NCBI RefSeq assembly: GCF_018977255.1
Contig: NW_024704742.1
Span: 5,892,001-5,956,000, forward strand
DNA: 64,000 nucleotides
Reading direction: 5' to 3'
Origin: Callorhinchus milii
Lineage: Eukaryota
In this document: positions 1-12,200 of the stretch, in pieces
How the letters are laid out: the number at the start of each line of letters is the position of its first letter
Position numbering within the stretch: the stretch's first letter is position 1
Made by a program: the position numbers and the translations under genes
The notes under the pieces: generated by a model
What the model was told of the DNA's origin: nothing
Databases searched by the model: none
What the model saw: the letters and a program-made list of their open reading frames with translations, nothing else

Positions 1-2059
1 AGGTGTTTTTAACCTTCAATCAATTAAATTATTAGAATGACAATTTTACGCATTCAATTGTCAATGAAATAAATTACAATAACATTTATTTTATTTAAAT
101 ATCAAATAAAAATAAATTACAGGCATAAAGAGGGATTTTATCTTCAACTTTCACATGTTGCAGACAGTATCAGACAGAAAGAGTGTCTGTAGGGGTGGGC
201 GGCCGGATTTATTAATGGTTAAATGAATGTCCTGCACCGATGCCAAAAGTTCAGCAACACTTTTATTGTCAGTTTAGTGTTGATAATGAATCCACTTGAA
301 ACAGCGCGTGCTTATATTCACTGTAACCTAATGGCAAACCGTGTGCAGCTGGCGTTTCAAAGCTTAGGATTTAATCCGGGTGTACTTTTTGATCGTTAGC
401 AATGTCACCTGGTGAACTGCGTTCCCGGCATATGTTTGAGCACACAAGCAGAGAGGTCCTGCCCTGGTTAACAACAACCCGAGTCAGCAGTAGCGCAATT
501 TTCCTTTCTAATAATCTCTCGAGCGAACAATGTATTCTACGTGCAGACTCTACTTCATTCAGCTACTTTCTTGTACAATAGAAAATACGGGGGGCTCGCT
601 AACCTGAGATAAAATGACAACGCGGCCTATTTAGATGTCAGCCCGTCTCAGTTGACAGCACTCTCGCCTCAGAGTCAGAAGGTTGTGGGTTCAAGCCTCA
701 AGTCCTTGGGAATTTCAACTCAAGTAGTCTTGGCTCAAGCTCCGATGCAGTATTGGATTTATTAATGGTTAAATTAATGTCCTGCACCAATGCCAAAAGT
801 TCAGCAACGACTTTTGCCTCTGCATACCGCTCAGCTCCCACCCCCAGCTTGACAAGTGCTTTGAGATGTCCTTCTAGTGTAAGAGGCGTGATATCAACGT
901 AAATTCGATTGTACTTGAACATCAAACAACGATAGCAATGGATTGTGCAAAATAATTCCTCAATTAAGTGACATTCGTGAGATACAATCCAAAACTTAAC
1001 CGGTTAATGTGCTTCCTGATATAGAATACGCGGATCGAATATTTGAGTGATCTAACGCACAGTGTGGCTGGTATGTTGCCAAATTAAAAAGAGATAGAAA
1101 GAGTAAATTAATGATGCGTCCATTATAATAAGCACAGACTTCAGCGCAGAAGGGATCCATTTGACCCATTGTGTCTGGACAACATCACTGCCAATGCTTC
1201 CAATTGCAATGTATAAGTAAGATCATAACATTGGCTCTTGCTGCTGCATTCTGCAGCACATTCCATTGTGATTCACCAGTACAGGGTGCGGACACGGCAA
1301 ATATATTGCCTGCAGTGCCGTCAAAACATTCACAAGGAAGTATTGGGTGGAACACAACCGCTGCAAACAATTAATAAGCAGAACGCTCCGTCTCTGAAGA
1401 AAACACATCGCATCACACTCCCAACAGAGTCCAGTGCCTTGAGGAGAGTGAATTTCCGAGCTTTAATCATAATCATCCTTTCATTTGACGTAACATTCTT
1501 CACACTGGATGGCCCAAAGTGCTTCACAGTGGATGCACTGTAAAGTGGAGTGACTGTTTTGTAGGTGAACCTCCTCCCTCCCACCCAACGCCCTCCACCC
1601 CCAACCCACCCCCCACCAGCTCAGCCACTGTTAAGCACTTTGAGACGCTGCCCCACGTAAAAGTGCAGGGCGCTACATAAATTCAAGTTGTCGATGAACG
1701 TGGCAGTCATTCACGCACAGCAAGGTCCAGCAAAACGCCTCCATGTGTTTGAATAGCCAGCTGTTGGTCCAGTTAGACATATCTTTAGGAAAGGAGATGC
1801 AGGGCTTCTGTTGCCCCCTGTGGATGGAGGTACTCGCAGCAAAAACACACAGGAGGGGGAACCAAAGTGCGGGAATCACAGCAGAGAGAGAGCGCTCGTC
1901 AAAGTACCAAGTGACGTCCTCTCTCTCTCTGTGACCAGGGCTCCCTCTGCCTCCTCGTCCTCCTGGATCTCTCCGCTACATTCAACACAGTCGATTACAC
2001 CATCCTCCTCCACCGCCTCTCCTCCCTCATCCACCTTAGTGGAACCCACTTGCATGGTT

Positions 2060-2712
2060 CGGGTCCTGCTTAACCAACCGCCAGCATTTCAACTCAGCAA
2101 ATGGTTTCTCCTCTGGCCCACGCCCGGTCACCTGCGGTGTATCCCAGGGCTCCATCCTTGGCCCTCTTCTTTTCCTTATCTATGTGCTCCCTCTCAGCGA
2201 TGTACTCCTCAGACACGGGGTAAACTTCCACATGTATGCGGTTGACACACAAATCTACTTCGCCTCCTCCAGCCGCGATTCCCAAATCAAAATGAGCTGC
2301 GCTGAAACCCTCGTCCATGCCTTAGTCACTTCCCGGCTGCACCTTTCCAAAGCCAAGCTCCACTGGCTCCCAATTACTGAACGGATCGATTTCAAGACCC
2401 TCTCACTCGTTTTCAAATCCTTTCATGCCCTCGCACCTCGCTACCTAACCCTAACTCTCCCCTCACCTGGCTCCGGCCTCCTGTCTGTACCCATCCCCTC
2501 CACTCCACCATCAGTGTCCATGCCTTCAACCACTATGCCCTGAAACTTTCTTCCTCTCTCCCCACTCTCAAATCCCGCCTGAAGACCTTCCCTTTCGATC
2601 GTGCTGGCGGTCACCTACCCCCTCCCCCCCCCACCCCCCACCTCCCCGACTTTGGATAAGACTCCGCCACAGTCAAGCACAAAGGTACTATATAAATGCA
2701 AGTTGTTGTTGT
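2060..2712 (+). mobile_element. L2-type LINE fragment with internal deletions
   Basis: GVSQGSILGP-like, FHMYAVDTQIY and LHWLPITERIDFK motifs; tail TATAAATGCAAG(TTG)n. Confidence 0.82.
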
Positions 2713-3133
2713 TTTGCTCCTCCAATGAAGCTATCCATCCTAATTATATTTGTTGCTCTTTCCTTATATATCGTCACTCTCCTCTACGTAGAAGTTTCTG
2801 TGGGATGGGACTCAGGTGATAGAATACATCATAGGAAACATTGCTCTAGATGAGGTGAAAATTAAAATAAAAAGCACCGGTCAGACACCAGTATCTATTT
2901 CCAAACAAAGAAATACATTTTCAGTCATGGGGTGAAAAATGTGACACATAATAATTATCATGTATTTTTCACCCCATTTGTAAAATATCAATGACCAATT
3001 CTTCTTTCTCTACAAATAACTCCAATTCAATGTTGAGAACGTTTTGTACTGGAATGAAAAATTATGGGGAAACAATGGGCTAAATGCCTAATCTTTGAAA
3101 GTTAAAATAAAATGTGAAATAGGTTTTAGTTTA

Positions 3134-3295
3134 TTATTCAGTGTATGAAAATAATTTCCCCCAACAGGGAATTTTCTGTCCGTGTTGCTGTTGCCATCTG
3201 TAGCGCATTCTGCACATTGGGGTATCTTCTGGGTCCTCGAACTCAGAGAATCCCAACTTGTCCAAAATTTCAAACACACCTGCTGGGGCAGCTAC
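3134..3295 (-). CDS. paladin-like last coding exon ([19 protein letters not shown]...RMRYRWQQQ...YTE*)
   Basis: 162 nt, tacag acceptor, TAA stop at 3136-3134. Confidence 0.9.
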   Translation of the reverse strand, partial: VAAPAGVFEILDKLGFSEFEDPEDTPMCRMRYRWQQQHGQKIPCWGKLFSYTE

Positions 3296-6200
3296 CTGTA
3301 GAAAATGTAATGAGGAAATGAAAGGTTAAAGAGGCACTATGCCAAGAAAGTAACCGTAACATCACAGGCTAATAGTCAAAATGTCTTTCTAGGAATTTAT
3401 AGAGTCTAATTTGTGGTATTTCTTGACCAGATTAAGAAATAATCTGCTCACAGCAATATCCCGGAAACAGCCAAGACGTGAATGAACAATTTTATCTGGA
3501 GGATTGTTGGCCAGGACACTGGGAGAAACTTCCTTCCCTTTTGGAATAGTGCCATGGGATCTTTTATGTCCACCTCATCAGGCAGACGCCTGAGTGGTCT
3601 TGGTTTAACGTCTCATCCAAACGACGCACCTCCAGTAATGCAATGTTAGTTTAAACTGCTATCTGGAAGTGCCAATGTGGAGCTTGAACTTTAAACCTTC
3701 CAATTCAGAGGTGAGAGTACTACCAACTGAGCCCGGCTGACACACTATCTTGTGTACATGAAGGTAAGCGCCATTGTATCACGGATAAACCACCACGACA
3801 GTACAAAGAATGGGAATCTGGTTTTGACATTAACAGTAGCCGAACAGCCAATAATAATAGAAATAATAATAATAATAACTTACATTTATGTAGCACCATT
3901 CATCTACAATATATAAAACTGACTCAAAATAAAGTAAGCGTTACAGATCTACAGTGACTATCGTACACAGGAGAATATCCTGTGAAACGCATTCAACAAT
4001 GTGACGTCACTTACCTTCAATGCTATGTCAAATGTAAGTATTATTATTGTACGGGCAAACACAGCAGCTAATGGGTGCCAGCAATAACCAATAACAGCCA
4101 ATTGATTTGAAATGGTCCGTACAAAACGAAGGTCAGGCCACAGTTGGAATACTGTGTGCAGTTTTGGGCTCCACATTGCAGAAAAGATGTAAAACGCTGA
4201 AGCTGGTAACAGAGGAGGTTGTTGCCTGGAATGAGGAATTGCAGTTGTAGGGAAAGGCTTGGTGAACGGAGATTAGGATGAATGTTTTCACACAGTTAGT
4301 GGGAGTGTGGAAATGTGTAGCCAGCTGTTGGAGTGGTAATCGTGTGCACATACAAAACAGACTGGACACATGGAGAGGAAATGAAGTTGAGAGATATGGG
4401 GACAGAGCTAGAATATGGGACACTGGCATGCCGCCAAATTAACTAAGGATAGGAGTATAAGCACCGGCCAGCTGGAACGAAAGGCCTGTTTTAAGGCTGT
4501 ACCATCTGTGTATCTATGACATTTGGGAGGACAGGTTCAATTAGGAGAACAGAACCAAGGTAATTGTGAAAATGGGACTCCACATATTTTTGAGCACAGC
4601 GGCTCCATCTGAATCACAAGGCAGAAAGAGCTCAAAATTCGCAACTCAATTACAAGGCACTGGGACAGTCGAGAGTTTACAACCGAGCCGGCGTTGGATT
4701 CGAAAGGGGTGGGGGCCAGAGGGGTGCGAGTGGGAAGATGACCGAAGGCCTGGTCAGAGACAAAGACCTTGAGATGGAAGGAGGCAATGGAAGGGATAAA
4801 GCAAAGGGACACTATGCATTTGGCTGTATTCCCTTTCCATATGTCCTGACTGTAGCCACAAGTTTCTCTAACTATAATTTCCTCATCAACAATATTGGTA
4901 ATGGAGTCTGATTATAGATTCCATTACTTTTCCCTCCACAGATGTCAGACTAACTCTCCTACAATTACCTGGATTAACCATCTCCCCTTCCTTGAAGATG
5001 GGTGCATAATTTCCCTCCAATGACCCATGAAACACAATCTCTAAGGTTTAGTAACTACAGCTGTAGTAACCAAGTTTGCTACGAACTTTGAGATGCTTCA
5101 AAGCTAAAAGGTACAATGGGATAATAATTCCAGCTGTGTCTACATTTGTTCTATTTTCATAACATTTGGAGCATATGGAATTTGACAAGTTGTTAATTTA
5201 GAAGCTGGTTTTCAAAAGAACTTCTAGAAAACTAACTTCAATATTTAGGACCAAATTAAACTATTTACCATAATCTGGAATTCTGAAAAGCTAAGAATAT
5301 AGAATAAACCTCAACCCAGGTGAATTCGTCTCTATATAGGACGCAATAAGCAGTGTATCAGATGGAAGCCTCCTTGAAACTTAACCCACCCAAAAAGGAA
5401 AATAATTATAAGTTGCTTACCTTCCTCGAGGAGGATCATTACTAAGATTTGTTAAGAAACAGTCAAAATGAGAAATCCGAAATATCAGTCAAAGACTAAG
5501 AGGATCCAGTAAAGAAAAATGTGTGAATCCTGTGGTTTCAAAAGTTGGACAGCCTTTGGGCAAAATATGTAAAAAAAAAAGGAAATTGAAAATCACAAAA
5601 CAGATGAAAATCAAAGACAAACTGCCAAAGAAAAGTTGCTTGAGAAATGTTATGTGCAAGTAGAAGTGCAAGTCAAAGATAAAGAGAACGTTTGGGTGTT
5701 GACGACGCTTTTAAATTAAATGCAGGAGCACAAGTATATGTCATTTCAAAGCGAGATTACACAAAATTGTAGCAAAGACCAAAATTCCATGGCATCAAAA
5801 TAAAAATGGCCAGGTATTGTGTAGCCTGTAGCTCAGTGGTTAGAGCACTCGCTTTGCAAGCGAGAGACCTGAGTTGAATTCCAGGCAGAGGGCGAAATCT
5901 TGGGCAAGTTTCCTTACTCCACACACCTAATAATAATCCCTCCAAAAAACAAAAACAATAATAAATTGGTCATTTTCAATCCATGACTGTTTGTGGGACA
6001 TTGCTGTGCGCAATTGGCTGCCGCGTTTGCCCACAAATATACAGTCAATTCACTTTACAGTATATTCTGTGAAGCGCTTTGGGACGTCCTCCCGATGTGA
6101 AAAGCGCTATATCAAATGCAAGGATTATTATCATTATTATTAGCAGACAGATATCGAACATCTTAAAACAAGAAACCAAATTGTCATTTCTAGTTGTCGT

Positions 6201-9200
6201 ACAAAAAAGACCAATCACTTTTAGGTCTAAGTATTTGCAATAAACAAGAACTGGATGGTGAAAAGGACAATTAAAGCAGTGTAATAATGTGATGAGCAGG
6301 AATACACGGATCTGTTTCACGGATTCCAACCTAGGAGGTCATTTGGCTGATTTTATTCGCGTATAAAACCTCCCCCTCTGGAGCTAAATCCCCTGTATTT
6401 AAAAAGGGAATACAGAAACAAACAAAGGAATGTACAATGCTAGAAAAGATCATTTGTCTGGCAAGGTTCATTTGCTAATTACCTTTGGTTGCTCTGAATA
6501 ATGCTCCCAAACCCCACTGTGAGTATTAGACTTAGTGGAGTCCTGTAGCTCAGTGGTTAGAGCACTCTCCTCGCAAGCGAGAGACCTGGGTTCGGTTCCC
6601 AGCAGGATTCCCAAGGATTATTATTATTATTAGGACCAGACCTAACACTGTGAAGCCATAACAGCAAAATACTAGTCCTGTTTGTAAGTGGAATCCAAGA
6701 AGAAAAGGGGACAAATGTAAAGCTGCATCATCAATTTTGTCCTGTTCTTCCCAATATTTGCCCAACATTTTGCCCTGCCCGGGAATCGAACCCAGGTCTC
6801 TTGCTTACGAGGCGAGTGCTCTATCTGCTCTGACCAAATGCATAAAGAGGAATTAGCTTTCTGTCCAATTCACAAATCAAACTTTCCAAAGTACCACCAC
6901 CAACAAAATCCATCATCTTGGTACTTCCAGTAGCTGTAGTAGCTTTGGAAACAGTAAAACATGGCTATCATTGGACTTTCATTCTGATGCTTACCTGTAA
7001 AGTCCTGCTAGGTATGACATTAATTGTGCTGTGATGACATAATGTCACATTTTGTTCCCCAAAACACTCCCACTTGAAATAGGGGTTCAAACGTTCAATA
7101 CTTTCTTTTTTTAAAAAAGTGCTATTTCTGCGTCTGAGTGAAATACAAAAACTTGCGCGTGTAGCAAACATCTTCAGCATGTCGGAGTGCTGAAATAGTT
7201 TCAGTCTCGTACCTCAGTGATCCAAACTTTGAAGGATCTTTGCCATCCTCCTTGCTTCTCCAGGTGCAAATAGGCGTTGAAGAGAATTAGGTAAAAATAT
7301 CGTTCAAGATACTGCAGACTGCGTAGGTGTAAGCGTGCACCATCATCTTGGTTCTTCGCTGATTTTGACTAAAATAAAAATTAGAAAAAGGCCTACATGT
7401 ACAAATATATGTCGCAGAATCAACCATCTTTGTTCTATTCAAACAGGGTAACCAGCCAAAGGACGCAGAAAGATTTCGATGCGAAATCTCACAACGAATG
7501 GAGCGCAGTCTCGAAATCAAAATCAAAACCAGAATACGAAAAGTACAATATTTCAACTCAGACATCGTGTCCCCAAAAGTCACCCTTACAGTTTTTAATC
7601 AGTTGGACAAACAAGACTGCTTGAGAAGGAAGAATTGATCTAGGATAATTTGCAGTCATCTGAATGATCCACAATCTGACCAATACTTGGCATAGAATCT
7701 TTGACAGGATACTGTGGGAAGCCATCCTATCCACTTTGCCTGTGCTGGAGCTCGCTTCCCCCTCTTGTGCAACCTACTTAAATACTCTTCCCTTGGTTTT
7801 CCGCCATATCCTTGATGTTATGACTGATCACATATTTGACTCCCACTCACATGTGTAGTCTGTTGACCCGACATTCTGGAGTCTGCTGTGAACGTTTTGT
7901 GAAGTGACTAACCAATGTGGAAATTCCAGTTTCTCTGCAGTTCGCTTTTCCTGGCTTCTTTCAACAGCACAATCCTGGTGCCGAGTAAGCCTGGTACCCG
8001 GCATTGGGCTTGGACCTCGACAACATCAAGATGGTTGATGTGTTACAAGCTATTCTGTAAATGTCCGCCTATCACACTGAAAGGCAAATGCCCGGCAGAT
8101 AGCTGATGAGAAAAACTCTGAGTCTTGGGGCGACAGCTGCTGGAAGGAGTTTGTACATCCAGCACCTTGATTTCATCTTGATTGGTTTGCAGAGAGGTAA
8201 ACAGGTGCTGCTCGAGCTCCACTGGTGGAATCATCGCTCAATCGGAAGGGATGTGTATCTGCGTTGTGGGCAGAAAGATGGTGGCAATGTTTTCGTGCAC
8301 TTCGTGATGAGCTATGCTCCCCTCCAAGAAGCTCACACAGACTTCCAAGTACTCGCCATCCACCTAGTGAGGGTTCAAACCCGCCCTTGTCAGATGTGGC
8401 ATAAACAACTGGTTACTATTCTCCTTGCAGGGGAGGGAATATGTCACCTTACAGCTGAACTGGCTCTACGGGTGACATGTTTGGCAACGGATTGTCAGAA
8501 GTGAGCCAACCCTCTGTGTTGGTCTTGATTGTCTGGTTCCTGAGCCAAATGGGTCTGCAATGCTGACGACAGTCCGGGTAGCCTGGCTCATTGGAAGGAC
8601 TTGGAAGGGCAAACCAGTCACTGGGAGGAAGGATTCTTCCCACCCAGCTCCTGTTAACCTCGCAAGCCAAAGCCTAGCGGTGGTCCTAGCTCGAAATGTA
8701 GTGGGAAAACTTGCCAGGAAGTGTTTTGAATGGCAAACAATTTATTTTTGTCTGGTTAGATTCCAGCAGTACCCCAACACAGATTCTGGGATCCCCAAAG
8801 CTTGGCCCTTGCCAACTGTGCCTAATGCTCTCTGGAATTAAATAAGGAGGATGTGTCTCTCCAGGGCATAGGTGGGATGCATGAAATTCTCAGTTTGGTT
8901 TGGATACTGTTAAGCATGGTGATAGGTTGTCGCATTTGTCAGGAACCTAGGTGACCAAAAAAAACGAGACCATAATAGATTACAAACCTCTGGTAAATGA
9001 GAACTTTCCTCCCCCCACCCTCCATTGATAAAGAAACCATCCAACTCGCACCTACATTTTTTGTTCTTATTACAAATCCACAGCCTCTGGATTTCCAGTT
9101 GACTAACGTAATATTATTATTCCCCAATAATTGTTTGTGGTGCATTTCTAACATTTTTCCAACACTTCTATCTTGATGACCCTGATTCCGCTAATCCATT

Positions 9201-12200
9201 AGGTCTGTTCCATTGTTAAATCTAAATCACGGCCGGTAATTTGATTCATGTAATGCTTTGTGTGAGAAACTTTGAGAGAAATCCTTTCAAGATCAAGTTC
9301 AGAGATTCCCACCAAAGGGAATGTGTGTGAGCCAGATGATCATTGTAGTATGAGCAGTTTGCATGCAAAGGCAACAATGAAATCACAACAACAGCACCAC
9401 AAAATTACATTTGTGGAGCGCCTTTCACTTCGGGAGGATGTCTCAAAGAGCTCCAGCACCTGGCCGTTTCCAGGAAGCATCTCTGAATCTCAAAAGGTGA
9501 GATTAACAAACGTTTGTTTTAGTATTCATCAGCCTCAATGACAGATAAAGTGCGATAAATTCAAAGTGAAAGAAATAGGGCAGAAAATCTGTGCATTCCA
9601 CGGCTTGGCTCAGCGGTAGCTCTCTCGCCTCTTGAGTCGGAAGGTTGTGTTGAGTTCAAATCCCACATCGTGACTTGAACTCACAGACTGAGGTGACACT
9701 CCAATGCAATGCTGGGGGGGGTGGCTTGTTGCACTGCTGGAGGTGCCATCCTTCGGATGAGACATTAAACCGACTTCCCGTCTGCCTGTTAATTGTTTTT
9801 TGGTGGTGGGGGTGGGGGGGGGTCGTCTGACACGTGCGGAAACTCATCACCATGCTTAAGAGTCCCGGACGAGGTAAGATTAGGGATTCTGGGATTTGGG
9901 ACATTAACATCTAGGGATTCCGAAACAGCACCAGCATGGTGAGCCCTGGTGAGCACGGTTTCTGAAAGTAACAACTGATGCTCGGACTCCAGTTACTGGC
10001 TGATTGAATAACTCCATCTCGGGCGTTTGGTAGCTGCTCACGTAGGTCAGGGCTTTGGGATGTCCTCCCGGCGTGAAAGACGCTCTTTTAATGTAATTTT
10101 GTCGTTGTTTTTGTAGGTCATTGGTAGTAGACAGGATCTTGTTAATCTCACTAACTGGCCAGTCAGAACTCTCCTCGCATGTGATTGGCATTTGAGCAGT
10201 TGTTTCCTGCATTCCCAAGTTTCCAGCCTGTCTGGAATATTTGAGCGTTGTTCAGCTGGCACCAAAAACCTCATAAACTGACACTAACTCTTTCAACGTT
10301 TGGCTCCTTGAAATTTTTTGACAGTAGACGCCCCCACTCTCTGGAACTCCATCCCAGACTCCCTTCCCCCCTTCAAAGTCCTTCTCAAGACCTTCCTTTT
10401 TGACTGTGTCTTTGGTCATCTTCCCAACCCCCTCCCTGGGGCTCCACCCCTCTCAAATCCAACCCCCAGCTTGGGTGCAACCCTTGGACTGTCCAGCACC
10501 TGATTACATCTTCCCGATGTGAAAGTCACTGTAGAAATGCAATTTGTTGTAAATGCGACATATGCATTAAAGGACCCACGGCACTATTCAAAATAGGGAG
10601 TTCTTCCTTCTTGGCATTAATCTCCCAGGTAAAATTGTCGTTAGCTTCACGGCTGTTCGTGTGACATTGCTGTGCACAAATTGGCTGCCGCGTTTGCTTA
10701 CAAACACACAACACGCTTTGCAGTGAAATCCTATGAAGCGCCTTTGACGTAAGGTGCTATATCAACATTGTGAGTTACTATTACTGGCTTTGTGAGAGAG
10801 AATTGAATTGTACCTTTCTGTAAATATTGATGATGAGCTCTCTGAGATGGTGCATCATGGGTGTCATTGAGTCGCTCACAGCATCTAGGGCTCTGTCCAC
10901 TTCTTTCTTCATCTCATTCCCATTGGGAAGAATACGGACCAGCTGAAGAATGGCCTGAGCAAAATGACAGTAGAACCTTGGCAATGGATAATGTGGAAGA
11001 GCCGTCCTCAACCACATTAGGCTCCACAAGCCCGTCACCACTACCTTTGTTGGCTCAGCTCCAAGGAGCTGTCTCCCATCCCACAGTGGATTGAAGTCGA
11101 GATTCTTGCTCTCATTTCCAAATGCCTCACTCCATCCATCCTACTTCTGTAACCGACTGTAACCCTACTCTCTACACTCAGCAACCAATTAACTGTTCAG
11201 GCACCCAACTCACTCTGGCCCCACCACTGACGGGCGAAACTATAGAAGGGCTTGTAGCTTTTTTTTTGTTGAGTATTTGTTTTCCTGGGTTGATCTGATG
11301 TGGAGGGAACAACTTACAGAAGTGACGTTTTAATAAATGTCGTGCCATCTATTCAAGATTTATACCTTTCAACATTTTAATAATGGTTGCAGTATCTGCC
11401 CAGAATTTGAATGCTATTCCACTCACTGGGTGTGTTAAATCTTTGACAAAAGTATTTACAATAGTGACATTTTAAAGTCTTTTTCCCCCATGACAACTGA
11501 TTTTCAAACACCATATTTATTGCCAACATTTTCCAACAGTTTCTTACCTCAAACTCTCCCTTTGTGTACTTGGCATCGGGAACACTAATCAACTCCTCCT
11601 CCAGTGCTTCTGGAAAGCCCTACAGACACCAATTGGAGATTTAATCATCTACACATACGCAGATCATCAACGAGGCATTGAGTATGATCAGAATTTTTGT
11701 TGTCTGACAATATTAACTTAAAACCTTCTTCTGAAATGAATAACAAGGTTGTCTTGCAAAGATAAAACCATGTTTAGTCAAATACAATAATTAATAATAA
11801 TCCTTGCATTTGATGTAGCGTTTTTCACGTCTTTGAAAATCTCAAAGCGCTTCACAGAATATCCTGTAAAGTTAATTGACTGTATATTTGTGGGCGAAAC
11901 GCAGCCAATTGCGCAAAGCAGCGTCCCACAAACAGTCGTGGATTGAAGTGACCAAATTATTCTTGTTTTTTTATTTGAACGATTATTATCCGCGGAAAAG
12001 CGATATGCCAATTGACTAGCAACCGCGTTCCTACTTACTGCTGGGTAAACAGAGCCGTGTGGAGTTAGGAGACATCCCCAACATTTTGTCCTCCCGGGAA
12101 TCGAATCCAAGTCTCTCACTTGTGAGGTGAGTGCTCTTACCACTGAGCTACAGGACTCTATATACAACAATTTGCTTTTTACATGGGAGAATGTCTCGAA

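Noticed and set aside
5820..5895. tRNA-Ala-like sequences (many copies)
   Set aside because: Each continues into a SINE body and lacks a paired acceptor stem; they are SINE heads, not tRNA genes
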